From Zygnema circumcarinatum SAG 698-1b (Eukaryota > Plantae > Zygnematophyceae): a stretch of DNA of 64,000 nucleotides. The DNA is taken from NCBI GenBank assembly GCA_037447605.1, contig CM074807.1:3360829-3424828 (forward strand). The letters run 5' to 3'. The position numbers were made by a program, and so were the translations under genes. The notes beneath the pieces are model-generated. The model was not told where the DNA came from. It did not search any database and saw only the letters and a program-made list of their open reading frames with translations. Below, piece by piece: positions 52,558 to 64,000 of this stretch; positions within the stretch are counted from its first letter, which is position 1, and each line of letters begins with the position of its first letter.

Positions 52558-54018
52558 TTCATTTAAATTGCTGCTTTGGGATTGTGATGACGTGGCGCGG
52601 TCTGGTCCACTCGGAGGGGTCCGTGGGCATAGCCCTGATGAGCCCTGCGAAAGTACTTTCGACGGCCTCGATGACGTCGATAAATGTCGCAAGACGTCGT
52701 CAGCTCCATCGTAGGTTTTGAGGTCATTGGCGACGAGTCGGGCGATTCCTCTGCGACTGTTTCAGGCTCTGTCCACATGCGAAGCACACAGCCGAAATGT
52801 GGTACGGAAATGTTTTCTCAAGGTTGTACTGTACAGTACAGTTTTTAGGCACGGCACTTTTTCTGTACGGCTGGAAAGAAGCGCACATCCCAGAAACTAC
52901 TTTTATCCGGGTCATGCGGAAGCAGGTCCCGACAACAACACGTGGCGACCCGTGACTGCCTGAGAGATAGTGAAACACCGGGGTACGGTTTGATTGTGTA
53001 CAACAAAAGCAAACTGTACAACGATCTAACCTACAATCGAAGAAAAATCGAAGTGGACGGTAAAGAATGCTCGATGAAAGTCCCGTGGTAGCGACACGTG
53101 TCAAGTCTTTCGCTCCCAAGGTTTACATTTTGTCGGTTAGTGGTTAAATATGTGCCCCACCACTGACAAGCAATTGGTCGGTTTGAACGTAGACTGAATT
53201 TAAGTATGCCTGTGGTAGTACTTAACCGGTTGACCTGGAACAAAACCCACGTCTGTACCCTAAAGTCACAATTACAAATACGACAAACTGTACCGCCCCA
53301 CCACAGTCCCGAACCCACGTGCCTTGACCCCACTAACGTCAGATCGCCATCAAATCGCGGCCTCTCATTGGCTTCCACGAGATTCGGCCCAGCGAATCAG
53401 ATACTAGCAGGTTGCGCACTCACTTAAAGACAAAACAATACGACGTCATATATCGATGGCTACGTCTGGAAGTTAGTCTACTAACCGTCCGATTCAAGCC
53501 TATGACCTCATAAGACGTCACATCTGCAATATCTTGTGCCGCGGCAGGGCTTAATCAGGGTTAGGCCAGCGGCCCCTCCAAGTGGACCAGATTGCGCCAC
53601 GTCAGCACAATCGGGCGAAATGAAACAAACCTGGTCCTAGCACGCCAATAGGCTCTCGCCACGTGTACTCAAAGTGTACAAACCAGATCGACCTGGGTGC
53701 GCCACGTGGCATTCAGACGGCCGATATTCGTCCATGGCTGCGGGCGACTTTTGGCCTCTCCGTCCGCGGGCGCGCTTCGCCACGAATCATTTTCTCGCCG
53801 CCGATTGGCTGCGCGTGCAACGCCACGCTTCCATTGGCTGCCAAGAGGTGCAACTTTTTGGGATCCTTTCCTATTTTTCCGCTGCCGCCATCGCTCGCCG
53901 CCGTCGCTCGCCCCCGCCACCCTCCGCCGCCGCCTTTCGCTCTCACTCCCTCCCGCCCTCTCTCTCTCTGCCCCCCCCAACATTTCCTTTCATCTCCCTC
54001 CCTCCACATTCCCCCGAA

Positions 54019-54412
54019 ATGGAGCTTCCCTTCTTCCACCGTCTGCAGAAGAGACGGCGGACGGAAGTGGTGGGAGAGGGCGAGGGGGAGAGACAGAGGG
54101 AGGGAGAGGGAGACGGAGAGGGAAAGGGAGAGAGGGTTGGAGATGGAGTGAACGTGTTGGAGGGCCCTTCGCGCATCCCCCTTCAGAAGGAGCGGCGCGC
54201 CCACGTGGTACCCGTATACCTTCCGGTGTGCCGTTTGGACTGCCGCCGAGCCTGGGCGCACCTCTCAGAGAGAGAGCGCCGCTACGTGCACCACTTCTCT
54301 GCGGCCTCGTGGGCGGGGGCGAGGATATGCGCAAGTCAGAGCTCAGAGGTAAGGGCACACCCCACTCTCCCATTACCACTACCACAGATGATGGGTCTGG
54401 TCTGCTGCACTC

Positions 54413-54454
<42 letters not shown>

Positions 54455-57400
54455 AGAGAGAGAGGGAGAGACGATCGCTTAGGGAGTCTCTCCCTCTCCC
54501 TCCCTCACCGGTGGTTGGATTCTGAAAAGGGCTTGGGAGCCCAAAAGCGCCGGCCATGGCGGGGCCAGTGAAATGTGAGATAGGGTAAGAACTTCGAAGA
54601 GGTGAGGGAGAGGGAGGAAGAGAAATTAGGGAGGAGAGAGGGAGGGAGTGAGTGAGTGGTCTGTTGAAGCCGGCCATGGCGGACGTATGTGCAGGAGAGC
54701 CCCGCCATTCTGCAACTGCTCCTGCTTCTATTCTCCGCTCAGCCCCTCCCCTCCCTCAGGGAGGCCTCCGCCTCAAGGAGCGTCTCTCCCACCAACTGGC
54801 GCTACCTCCTCTCCTACTCCGCCTGCTTTCTTGCCAACTTAGGTGAGAGAGGAGCAACAAGATGCTGCCTTTTTGGGAGATGGGAGGCATGGGAGGGGCC
54901 TTGTTCGGGTGGGAGTGGGAGTGGGAGTGGGAGTGGGAGTGGGAGTGGGAGTGGGAGTGTGGGAGGGTGAGTGTGTGGGAGCGATCTGTGTGGTAGGTGT
55001 GTTGGCGGGAGGGCGCCTCTCTCTCTCTCACTTTCTCTGTCCTGCAGGAAACTACCTCAGCTTTGGGGACTGCAAGATCGTGCCGGGGATCTCGGCCGAA
55101 GATTTTGGCAAAGTCATTGAAAGCTGTGCCCTAAAGGTGCGGAATTTCATCCTAATCTTTCAATTCTTCCCTTGTTTTCATATTGATAAGGGGTGGGAGA
55201 GAGTTCCTGGAATGGTTGTTTGATGGAACCACGAAATTGTGAGCAGATAAGAGCGGGAAAGAAGTGGGGGAAGGGGGGAGGGAGGGATACAGGGTAGCAG
55301 GCGGAAGTCACTGGAGAGGTTATGGAAGGGAGTGCAAGAAGCCGTGTATTCGCTTCATCCGGGTACAGCATGTCTGGTCATAACAAAACAACATAACATA
55401 GCAATAAAAGGGAAATAGCAGGTGACAGAACACTATTTTCCAGCTCTGCCACGTGCTTTGAACCTGCTTTGCAAGAGTTGGGTCAAGGATAGGAGTTGAG
55501 TGGTAGGGGGGGGAGAAGGGAATGGAGAAGAGGAGGAAGGTGTTGGAAAGGAGGGGAGTTGAGGGGAGGGGAAAGGGTGGGGCAGGTGTGGGGGGGGAGG
55601 GAAGAGGTGACAGGGGAGTGGGGAGATGGGGGAAGAAGGGAGAGAGGAAAGAGGAGGGGGAAGAATGGAGAGGGGCGAGGGCGGAGGGACGAGGGGGCAG
55701 GGGGTAGGGGGGAGGGGGGAAGGGAGAGGGGGGGAGGGGGGAGGTGGGAAGGCTGGAGTAAGGAGTAGGGAGGGAGAAGGGGGAAGGGAGAGGACGGAGA
55801 GTAGAGTGGGGAAGTTGGGAGTGGCGGGAGGTGGGACGGGGGGGGAGGAGGGAAGTGGCGAAGGCGGTAGTTGGGAGGGGGGGAGAGTGGAGGGATGAAA
55901 TGATTGGGGTAAGGTGGGAAGTTCGCTGGGGGAGGGGGGAGTCGGAAAGTACGAGGAGGGTAGGTGGAAGCGGGGGAGGTGGGAGGAGGGGAGGCTTGAA
56001 GGGTGAAGGGGGAGAGGAGAGCATTCCAGCGTGGGCACGGTGGAGGATGAAGGGTTTGGGTGAAGGTGGAGGAGGGGTAAGGGGGAAGTGGGAAGTGCGA
56101 AGGGGGGAGAGGGGAAGGGGAAGGTGGGAGAGGGGAGTGGGAGCGGTGAATGGATTGGGGTTAGGTGGGAAGTTGGGAGGGGGAGGAGGGTGTGGGAAGC
56201 GTGGAAGGGGGAGCGGGGAGAGGGGATGGTTGAATGTGATGAGGGAGGGTGAAGGGTATGTGTGCGGGTGGGGAGACGTGAAGGGAGGGGGGGCGGGAGG
56301 GGAGATGTGGTGAGTGGGGAAGGGGGACGTGTGGAGGAGGGTGGAGGGGAGATGGGTGGGAGAGGGCGACGGCGGCAGGGGGAGGAGAATGGGCAGGGGT
56401 GAGGTAAGAGGGGGAAGGGGGGAGGGGGGAAGTTGGGATTTGGAGAGTGGGAAAGTTGGGAGGGCGGAGGGGTGAATGGAGGTGAGAGGAGGGGGGAACT
56501 TGGGAGGGGCGTGGGGGATGCTGAAGAGGGGAGGGGAGAGTTCTGAGGGGGCAGGGGTGAGGCGGGAGAAGGGGGAAGTGGAGAACGGGAACGGGGAAGG
56601 GGGAGAGGGTTGCAGATTAGGTTGGGGCAGGGGGGAAGGGTGGGGGGGAATGGTGTGGGTTAATGTGGGGAGGTGGAGGAAGAGTGGTAGGGGGGAAGTG
56701 GCGAGGGAGGAGGCAGTGTAAGGGGGAATTGTGAAGTGGGGAGGGGTTAAATACTGGGTGAGTGTGCGGTAGGGGGAGGGGAGAGGAAGTGGGCCAGGAT
56801 TTAGGGGAGGGGGAAATGGGGAAAGGGGATTGGGGAGGGTTGAAGTGGATATGGGGGGAGGGGTGGGATTGGGAGGGGTGGAATCTTTGGGCGGAAGGCG
56901 GTTTGAGGGAGGATGGGGAAGGTGGGGAGTGGGAGGGAGTAGACGTTGGATGTCGGGGAAGGTGGGAGAGGGGACGGGGGTTGGGGAGGGTGTTTGGGGG
57001 AGGGGGGAGGGTGAAGGGCGTTGGTGAGGATGGGGGAGAGGGAGGGAATTGAAGCAGAGCGCGGCACACGGAGGGTGACAGGTGAGCGGCAGTTGGGCCT
57101 CCATCCTCGGGGAGTCTGTGGATACTACTCGCGGGGGATTACCGCTGCCGAGATTGACCTCGTGCAGGCACTCCACTTCTCCCTTGCCTTTAGTCTCTTT
57201 TCCTTCTTCCTCGTTTGTTTTTGCATCTCCCCGCGCTCTCCCTCCCTTCGTTCCTTCCACTGTTCTCTGCCTGTTCTCCTCTCCTTTCTCTTCCTTTCCT
57301 TTCTTCATGCCCTCTCTTTTCTTCACTCCCTCTCCTCTTGTCTATCCCTGTTCTCATGAAACCCTGTCCACCTTCTGCCCTCTGTCCTTCTGCTCTCCCT

Positions 57401-59772
57401 CCCCTCGGTCTGTTCCCTGCTTTCTCTTTTTCTCTACTCATTCACGCTTTTCTTGTCTCTCTCCCCTCTCTTCTGTCCCTTGTCTCTCCCACTTGTCACT
57501 CCGCTTCTTTGTTCTTTGTCCTCTTCTAGTCGCTTCCCCTCTCCGTTCTCATTCTCTCCCCTCTCGTCGTTCCCTCTCCTCTCTTCCTCTTTGTTCTCTC
57601 TCCGCTTCTCTCTAGCTCCTCTCTATCTCTCGCTCTCTCGTCTCCCGCTCCTCCCTGTCCTTCGTTTCTCCTCTACTCTCTCTCTTTTCTCTCTGTAGTC
57701 TCTCCTTCATCTCCTCTCTTGTCCCTCGTCCAGCCCTCTCCTCAATCTCTCCCTGTGCTTTTCCTCTTCCCTCCCTCTTTACTCCCTCTCCTCTCTTCTC
57801 CCCCCCTTTCCTCTCTCTCCTCTTTCTCTTGTGTCTTCTCTCCCTTCACCTTCGCTCCTTCTTTCTCCCGGAAAGGGCCTGCAGCCATTGTTATGACCAT
57901 ATTCTTGCATTGGCACTAGCCGTTTGCAAATTTGACAGTAACTAGCTAGATTTGACTACCACATATGTCTCCAAAACATTGAAATATCAAAACGGGTGGA
58001 GGTGCTTCGGTCGCAGGATTGGATGCAGCAAGAGGGAATGGAGACGTGGAACACACGTCTGTTCCGGGTCTCTCCCACTCCCTCTTTCGAAACAGAGTGT
58101 TCAGCCCTTGCAGAGTATGAGCTGCGAGTAGCCTCCGCGCAGACGCTCCCCACTGAGACTCACACACACAAGGTGTGCCTCTACCCCTCTCGCTTCCTCT
58201 CTCACTCCCCCCTCCTCTCTTGCTCTGCACCTTTTTCAGCTGAGGATTTGCGCAGCCGGTCACTTTGGTTCTTTTATTGCAAGAACTGCTCAATTGAACA
58301 CAAACTAGTGGAATTATGCGCGCATAGGAGTGAATGCTGATAGAAAGTGAATTCGTGGGCCTTTTGTCTTCAAAGAAATTGGTGTTTTCTATGTCTTGAC
58401 TTATAGAGTTGCAGGTATCGAATTATCGTCAAAAGATCAATTTGAACAAGACATGAATTTGAAGCTTCAAAGGCTGCTTATTAACTTGGGTTCGTGGGAG
58501 AGTGGGGAAATTTTGAATGGAGGATAGGGTTCGTGCAAGATTCACATTGTCTACGGAGACCACCAGGTGGAGCTGAGGGAGGTTGTACAGCACTTAGAGA
58601 AGGCTCGCCTCTATGCCGCCAATGCAAACCAGACCGCCATGATATCCGAGTACACCTCTCTCCCCCCCTACTCCTCTCTCTCCTCCCGCCATCACCACTT
58701 CAATCGCATGCATAGCCCTATGATTCCTCCCACACCTCTTCCATAACCTCCATGTTTGTCTACAACTCGCCCTCACTTCCCGTTTCTCTCGCTCCCTCTC
58801 CCTGTCCAGAATTTTAGCCATTCCCTCCATATCCAATTCATCCTCCTGTCACTTTCACGAATTTTATGTAATGTGAACAGGTACATTAGATGTTTTGAAA
58901 CAGGATCTATACAGGCGNNNNNNNNNNNNNNNNNNNNNNNNNNNNNNNNNNNNNNNNNNNNNNNNNNNNNNNNNNNNNNNNNNNNNNNNNNNNNNNNNNN
59001 NNNNNNNNNNNNNNNNNTTGTTATTTTGACTTTTGTTGCTGTTCATATTGGCAGTATGATTATTGACTTTACTGCTCACATTTTGTTTGGAGGGGCTTTG
59101 CCGTACAGGTAACGACAGTCTCGTCCGAATTCGTCGCATTGAGAAAAGCAGTGATTTCGAAAAACCAGCAACGGCCGATTTTCGTGCAGGTCCGTCGTCG
59201 TGACATATGAAGAAAAGGAACAATCTTTGAATGAGAATGTTCTTGTGATGTCATAACGTCACTAGGCGATCCTGCCACACTCTTGACATTCCCAGATTGA
59301 ATTCCCCTCACTGTGAGATAGAGAGAGATAGAGAAATAGAGAGGGAGGGGGAGAGGGGGGGGGGGAGAAAGGAGAGAAGAGAGGAAAATGAGAGAGAAGA
59401 AAGGAGAGAGGGAAGAGGAGAGAGGGAGAAAGGAGAGAAGAGAGAGGAGAGAGACAGAGAGGAGAGAGGAGGAGAAAGGAGAAAGGAGAGAAAGAGAGGA
59501 GAGAGACAGAGAGGAGAGTGAAAAAAGGGGAGAGGAAAGAGGAGATAGGAGAGGAGGAATGAGAAGAGAGGGGAGAGAGGAGAGGAGAGAGGAGAGGGAA
59601 GAGGGGAGCGGGAGCTGACCCCTTGCATTCATGCGACTTTCAGGCGCACACTAGCGATGGCGCGCAAGCAAGCGGAGGGGTGCGGCTGGAGGAGTTTGAG
59701 CCAACTCACGAAGGCGTCATCGCGTCGTTCATCGCTCGATATTCAGACTGGATCGCAGGGATGAGTTCGTAG
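54019..59772 (+). pseudogene. DPP3: DPP3 copy B (inverted duplicate); +1 frameshift in exon 7, middle hidden by a 100-N gap
   Basis: Exons 54019-54348, 54695-54842, 55048-55136, 55293-55362, 57082-57167, 58017-58172, ~58503-58649, 58881-gap, 59109-59189 and 59644-59772. An extra T at 58525 (aggaTagggt versus aggaagggt in copy A) shifts the frame; this could be a consensus error. Confidence 0.7.
58918..59017. other. 100-N assembly gap (10-N gaps also at 1944, 2964, 32046, 33402 and 50836)
   Basis: Runs of n in the sequence. Confidence 1.
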
Positions 59773-61299
59773 AAGGGTTTAGGGTTTTGGATGGCTTTTC
59801 AGCAAGCTCCCGTTTCTCTCTCACGTCCATTTCCACTGCAAGGTGTAGCTGCTGCCCACTCCTGCCGCCCGCTGCATAGTTCGAGCCATAATAGTTTAAA
59901 TTTCGATGGTCCTGCTCAAGCGCATGTTGGCTGTCATGTCAATCTTGAACCATGTTCAGGAGCAACCCGCCTGCATTTTTTCATGCTTTTTTTTTGTACG
60001 CGTTCAAAGGGCGTATTTTGTTTTTTCATTGCATTTAGCCGAGTAGGTCGGTGCATCTTTTTTATGAGGACCCACCCTCTCATTCATTATAGTTCATTAT
60101 AGCTCACGTAGAACACAACAAGGGGCGCCGCTGTAGTGTGGTCGTTAGAGGAACGGTGAACCATTTCACTGTGTTTGGAATTTAACTTAGAAATTGAAAA
60201 TGCGAGGAGAGGGGGAACCTCCCTTTGCTTTTGTTTCGTTCAACCGTTGACCTTGTTGGAGGCAACCATTGGCGCCACCTTTAGTTGCGAAGTGGGGCAG
60301 AGGAAGTGGGGTTCTATGCGGTGATCACGCGTCCAGTTCGACGCGCCGCCTTTTTGCGCCACGGTCAAATCTTTGACATTTTTGTATCGGAGGGAGCGGT
60401 CAGATTCACGCTCCGTTGCACAAGAACGCGGTGGCGTATTTCATGCGCTGTCACTTCGATGCGGTGGACGCACAGGCAAACCAGAAACCAAAAACCGAAA
60501 ATAAAAAACCAGAAACTTGCACTGAAAAACTTGGGACCGCCCCGAAAACAAAAAAACACAAAAAATCGGCAAATGAAGCAACGAATTGTAACTGGACACG
60601 TGGTCGAAATAGCAGCAATGCGACAAATTAGAGACCACCACGTGGCTTCGGGCTGCGGCGGGCGTACGGGCAGTTTTGGACGGTTTCGGAGCACTTTGTA
60701 ATTCCTAACTCCACATGTGACTCGGCGTAGAGTTAGGATTCGACAATTAATCAAAATACAAAAAATAAGTACTCAATTGAAATGGCAATAGAAACAAAAA
60801 ATATTTAGCACAAGAGTACAAGAGTACTCCTTTTGAAGACGCTTCCAGTTTTACTGCGAAAGAACGGCCGCTCGGTAGCTGCGGGTCTGACAGGCCTCCA
60901 CATGGAACTGGAGCCGTACCGTTTCCGATGTCGGCATGTCGGCGCAGTCCGTACACTTTCAGGCGCCGTCGGAGTGCGGACTTACCGAACATCGCAGAGC
61001 GGAGGGCGAGGTGGGGGAGGAAGAGGGAGAGGGAGCGGGAGAGAGAGCGGGAGAGGGAGCGGGAGAGTCAGAGGCTGAGGGGGAGGGAGAGGGGAGAGTG
61101 GAGAGGGAGTGGGAGAGAGTTAGGGACGAGAGGGAGTGGGAGAGAGTGAGAGACGAGAGGGAGTGGGAGAAACTGGAACATGGGACATAACGGACACATA
61201 TGAAGAATTAAACCCGCGAGAGGGAGACGAAGAGTGCGAGGGAGAGGAAGCGAGGGAGGGGGAGGAGGAGGAGGAGGAGGAGCAGGAGCGGAACCCGCC

Positions 61300-62867
61300 A
61301 TGGCTGCTGCCGGCGAGTCTCCTTTTGGGCCGGCCATGGCGGCGCACGAGTCCGGGCGGGCGCGTCACGTCACGTGGGCTGACGAGTGGGGCGGAGAAGG
61401 GGGCGGCCCGCGGCTGACGAAGGTCCTATCAAGGCCCGCCACGTGGAGCCTCTACAAGAGGGACGCGGGCACGCTGGGGGGCGCCTTCCTGCTCGTGTTC
61501 ATGGCCTTCAGCGCCACGCAGAACCTGGAGAGCAGTCTGAACAGGGTCAGGACTCGCCCCCTCTCTCTATCTCTTGCTCTCTCTCTCTCTCTTTCTCTCT
61601 TTCTCCCTCTCTCTCTCTCGTGCGCACTCTTTCTCGCTCCCCTCTTGCTTGAGTGCCCTTTCTTTGTTTTCTCTCGCTCTCTCCCCTTCCCTTTTCTGTT
61701 TCTCCCCCCTCTTTCTCCTTGGCCCTCCCTCTCTCTCCCCCTATCTCCTCTCGTACCCTTGCTCTCTCCCTCGCTCTCCCCTTCTTCCTCTCTCTCTCTC
61801 TCTTTTCCCCCCTTCGTCCTTTCTCTGTTTCGCCTCCCTGTTCTCTCTTGCTCTCCTACCCCCCCTCCCCACCCTCCTCTCTCTCTCCCTCCTAGCCCTC
61901 TCCCACCTAAAGCCCGGTATAAATACCCCAAATCCTCAATACTCGAACCCTCGAACTCATTCCTTTTTTTAACCTTCAAATCTCCACACTCCGTGTGCCT
62001 TTCGCGTACACCTTATGCCTGCATATGTTCCATGTCAGTTGCACTGACTCCGTTAAACTGACGTTCCATGCAAGCGATTCGCAGGACGAGGGTCTCGGCT
62101 CCCTCTCTCTCGGTCTGCTCTACAGCTGTCTCACCTTCTTCTCTTTCGGAGCGCCAGCTGTCGTGCGGAGATTGGGCGCAAAAAATTCGATGCTGTTTGG
62201 CCTTTCAGGTTACTGGCTCTATGTGGCGGCGAATCTGTTACCCTCATGGTAAGCCCTTCCATGTGGAGTAGTTAAACGGGAGGAGGAAGGGACAGGGAGA
62301 GACGGGACGAAGGAGGGAAGAGGGAGAGAGAGGAAGGGGGAGAACGATGGGGAGATTCTTGGGCTTACTTGTCATTCTTTATGTCTGAGTGATTTTTAGT
62401 TGAATTTCAGGGAGGCGTGTCTGCAGGTACACTTTGGTCCCAGCTTCAATATATTTGGGATTTTGTGCTTCTATTTTGTGGGTTGCGCAGGTACCTCCCC
62501 ATCCCCCCCCCTCTCTCTCTCTCTTGCTCCCTTTCTCTCCCTCTCCCTCTCTTCCGCTTTGCTTCTCTCACTCCTTTTTTGTTATTTTATGCCTCTCTTG
62601 TTATGAACGCAGGGCGCGTATTTGTCGTTTGTGGCAAAGGGCCACGCGGGGCTATGTCATTTGTCAGAGGAGGCCACAATTGGTTCATTTAACGGCCAAT
62701 TTTGGAGCCTGTTTGCAGCAAACCAGGTGCTTTTTCTTAAGTTCATGTTAGGGTTTTAGGACCTAAGTATTCCAGAAAGCATGGTTTTTCAACCAAGCGA
62801 AACTAAAAGTACTCCACAAACCTCAATCGATTGTCAAAGAATCGGCGGAACTCATCGAATAACTTGT

Positions 62868-62927
<60 letters not shown>

Positions 62928-63808
62928 TGAGGGAGAACTAAAGTACCCACATACTTGATTCCCTAATTGCTCAAACTCCAATCACCCCATCATTTTCGAC
63001 CTTTGCAGGTGCTGGGAAACGTGGTAGTCCTCGTTATATGTCTTCTTCTTGAGCACAGTTCCGTAGATCCGTCACACGTGTCCAGTTCCACGCAACGGAT
63101 TCTGTTCGGAGTCCTCTTATTGAGTCTCACAGTGGGAACAGTCCTTGTCTTTTTTATTCGGAATCAGAGCCGGCGGCAGGTCTTGCTTGTACTAGGGGAG
63201 GAGGGAGGGTGGGAGGAGGAGGAGGAGGGGGAAGAGGGAGGGGAGGGGGGAGAGAGAGAGGGAGGAGGGGCAGGGAAGCTTTTGAAGGAGGCAGTAGCGC
63301 TATTGGGGGAGCGAAAAATGGTGTTTTTGGTGCCTTTATTGATTTATTCGGGGCTCCAACAAGCCTTTATTTGGTGAGTAAAATCTGAGAGGGGAGACAG
63401 TTTAGCTTGAGTTACGCATTGGCAATTTAGAGGAACATTTTACATTTAAGAAGGGGGGGGGGCTCTGGGTTTTAGGGGTTTTTTTTCGTTTGGGGAAGGG
63501 GAAAGTGGGGGAATGAAAAGCATTATGAGGAGACCCATGAAACGATGTAAAGCCTTTGTGTCATGGTAAATCTGACTCTTTCTCTCTCCTCCGCCCCCCT
63601 CTCTCTATCTCCCTGCTCTCACTCATTCTGTCCCTTTCTTTCTCTCTCTCTCTCTCTCTCTCCCTCTCTCTCTCTCTCCCTCTCTGTCTGTCCCATCCCC
63701 TCCTCCCAAAACTACAGGAACGATTTCACAGCGAGTCTTGTGGCTCCAACTTTGGGAGTTGCATGGATCGGCGGAGTGATGGCCATTTACGGACTGTCCG
63801 ACGCAGTG
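61300..63808 (+). CDS. UNC-93-like MFS membrane protein (plant UNC93-like 3 type), first 6 exons, continues beyond the window
   Basis: Exons 61300-61545, 62085-62248, 62427-62490, 62613-62726, 63009-63373 and 63718-63808 have consistent phases. Motifs FLLVF.AFSATQNLES, LG..SLG.LY, GYWLYVAANL.PSWYTLVPAS.YLGF.ASI.WVAQG, FNG.FW and YSGLQQAF.W. Confidence 0.93.
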
Positions 63809-64000
63809 GTGAGTACTGCATAGAAACTTGACAATTGAAGGAGCCATTCAGCCCAAGCCCATGTGGTGTTGGTCATGCATGCATACATGCATGCATGCAT
63901 GCATGCATGTGATGTATGTCAGTATATGACGTGACGTGACGTGACGTGACAGTCCTCGGCCGTGGCGGGGCGGCTCTCCGCGGGAGAGCGGTCCATCGCA

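Larger units (their letters stand above)
39660..60450. repeat. Large inverted segmental duplication: arms ~39660-51190 and ~53670-60450 (right arm gapped at 58918-59017)
   Basis: Mirror-image ORF pairs (49947/54843, 50101/54689, 47599/57996, 40335/59791) and shared flanking non-coding sequence. Confidence 0.92.

Noticed and set aside
63876-63950. (CATG)n and (GTGAC)n tandem runs as possible regulatory arrays
   Set aside because: Short intronic simple repeats with no further support.

Overview
Intron-rich eukaryotic DNA packed with GA/CT microsatellites, inferred to come from a streptophyte (charophyte-grade) green alga. The genes are plant-type, but an apparent selenoprotein argues against a land plant. 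Genes reconstructed by hand from splice sites: (1) nucleoporin GP210/NUP210 (minus, about 27 exons, running off the left end, with a 3.7-kb (CT)n in one intron); (2) a single-exon DAZ1/ZAT-like C2H2 repressor with 8 fingers; (3) a small 76-aa gene (minus, 29327-30349) whose codon 41 is an in-frame TGA and whose 3' UTR holds a textbook form-II SECIS hairpin (about 28841-28920), i.e. a candidate selenoprotein of a family I cannot match to any known selenoprotein, which is the main finding; (4) D-aminoacyl-tRNA deacylase; (5) a DUF4336-like protein; (6,7) a head-to-head inverted duplication of an animal/fungal-type dipeptidyl peptidase III, with a Mutator-like element in the spacer; (8) an UNC-93-like MFS gene running off the right end. 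The window also holds a 520-bp-arm palindrome, a MITE, telomere-like intronic arrays, N gaps and a probable assembly duplication. All homology calls are from recalled family sequences, not database searches.
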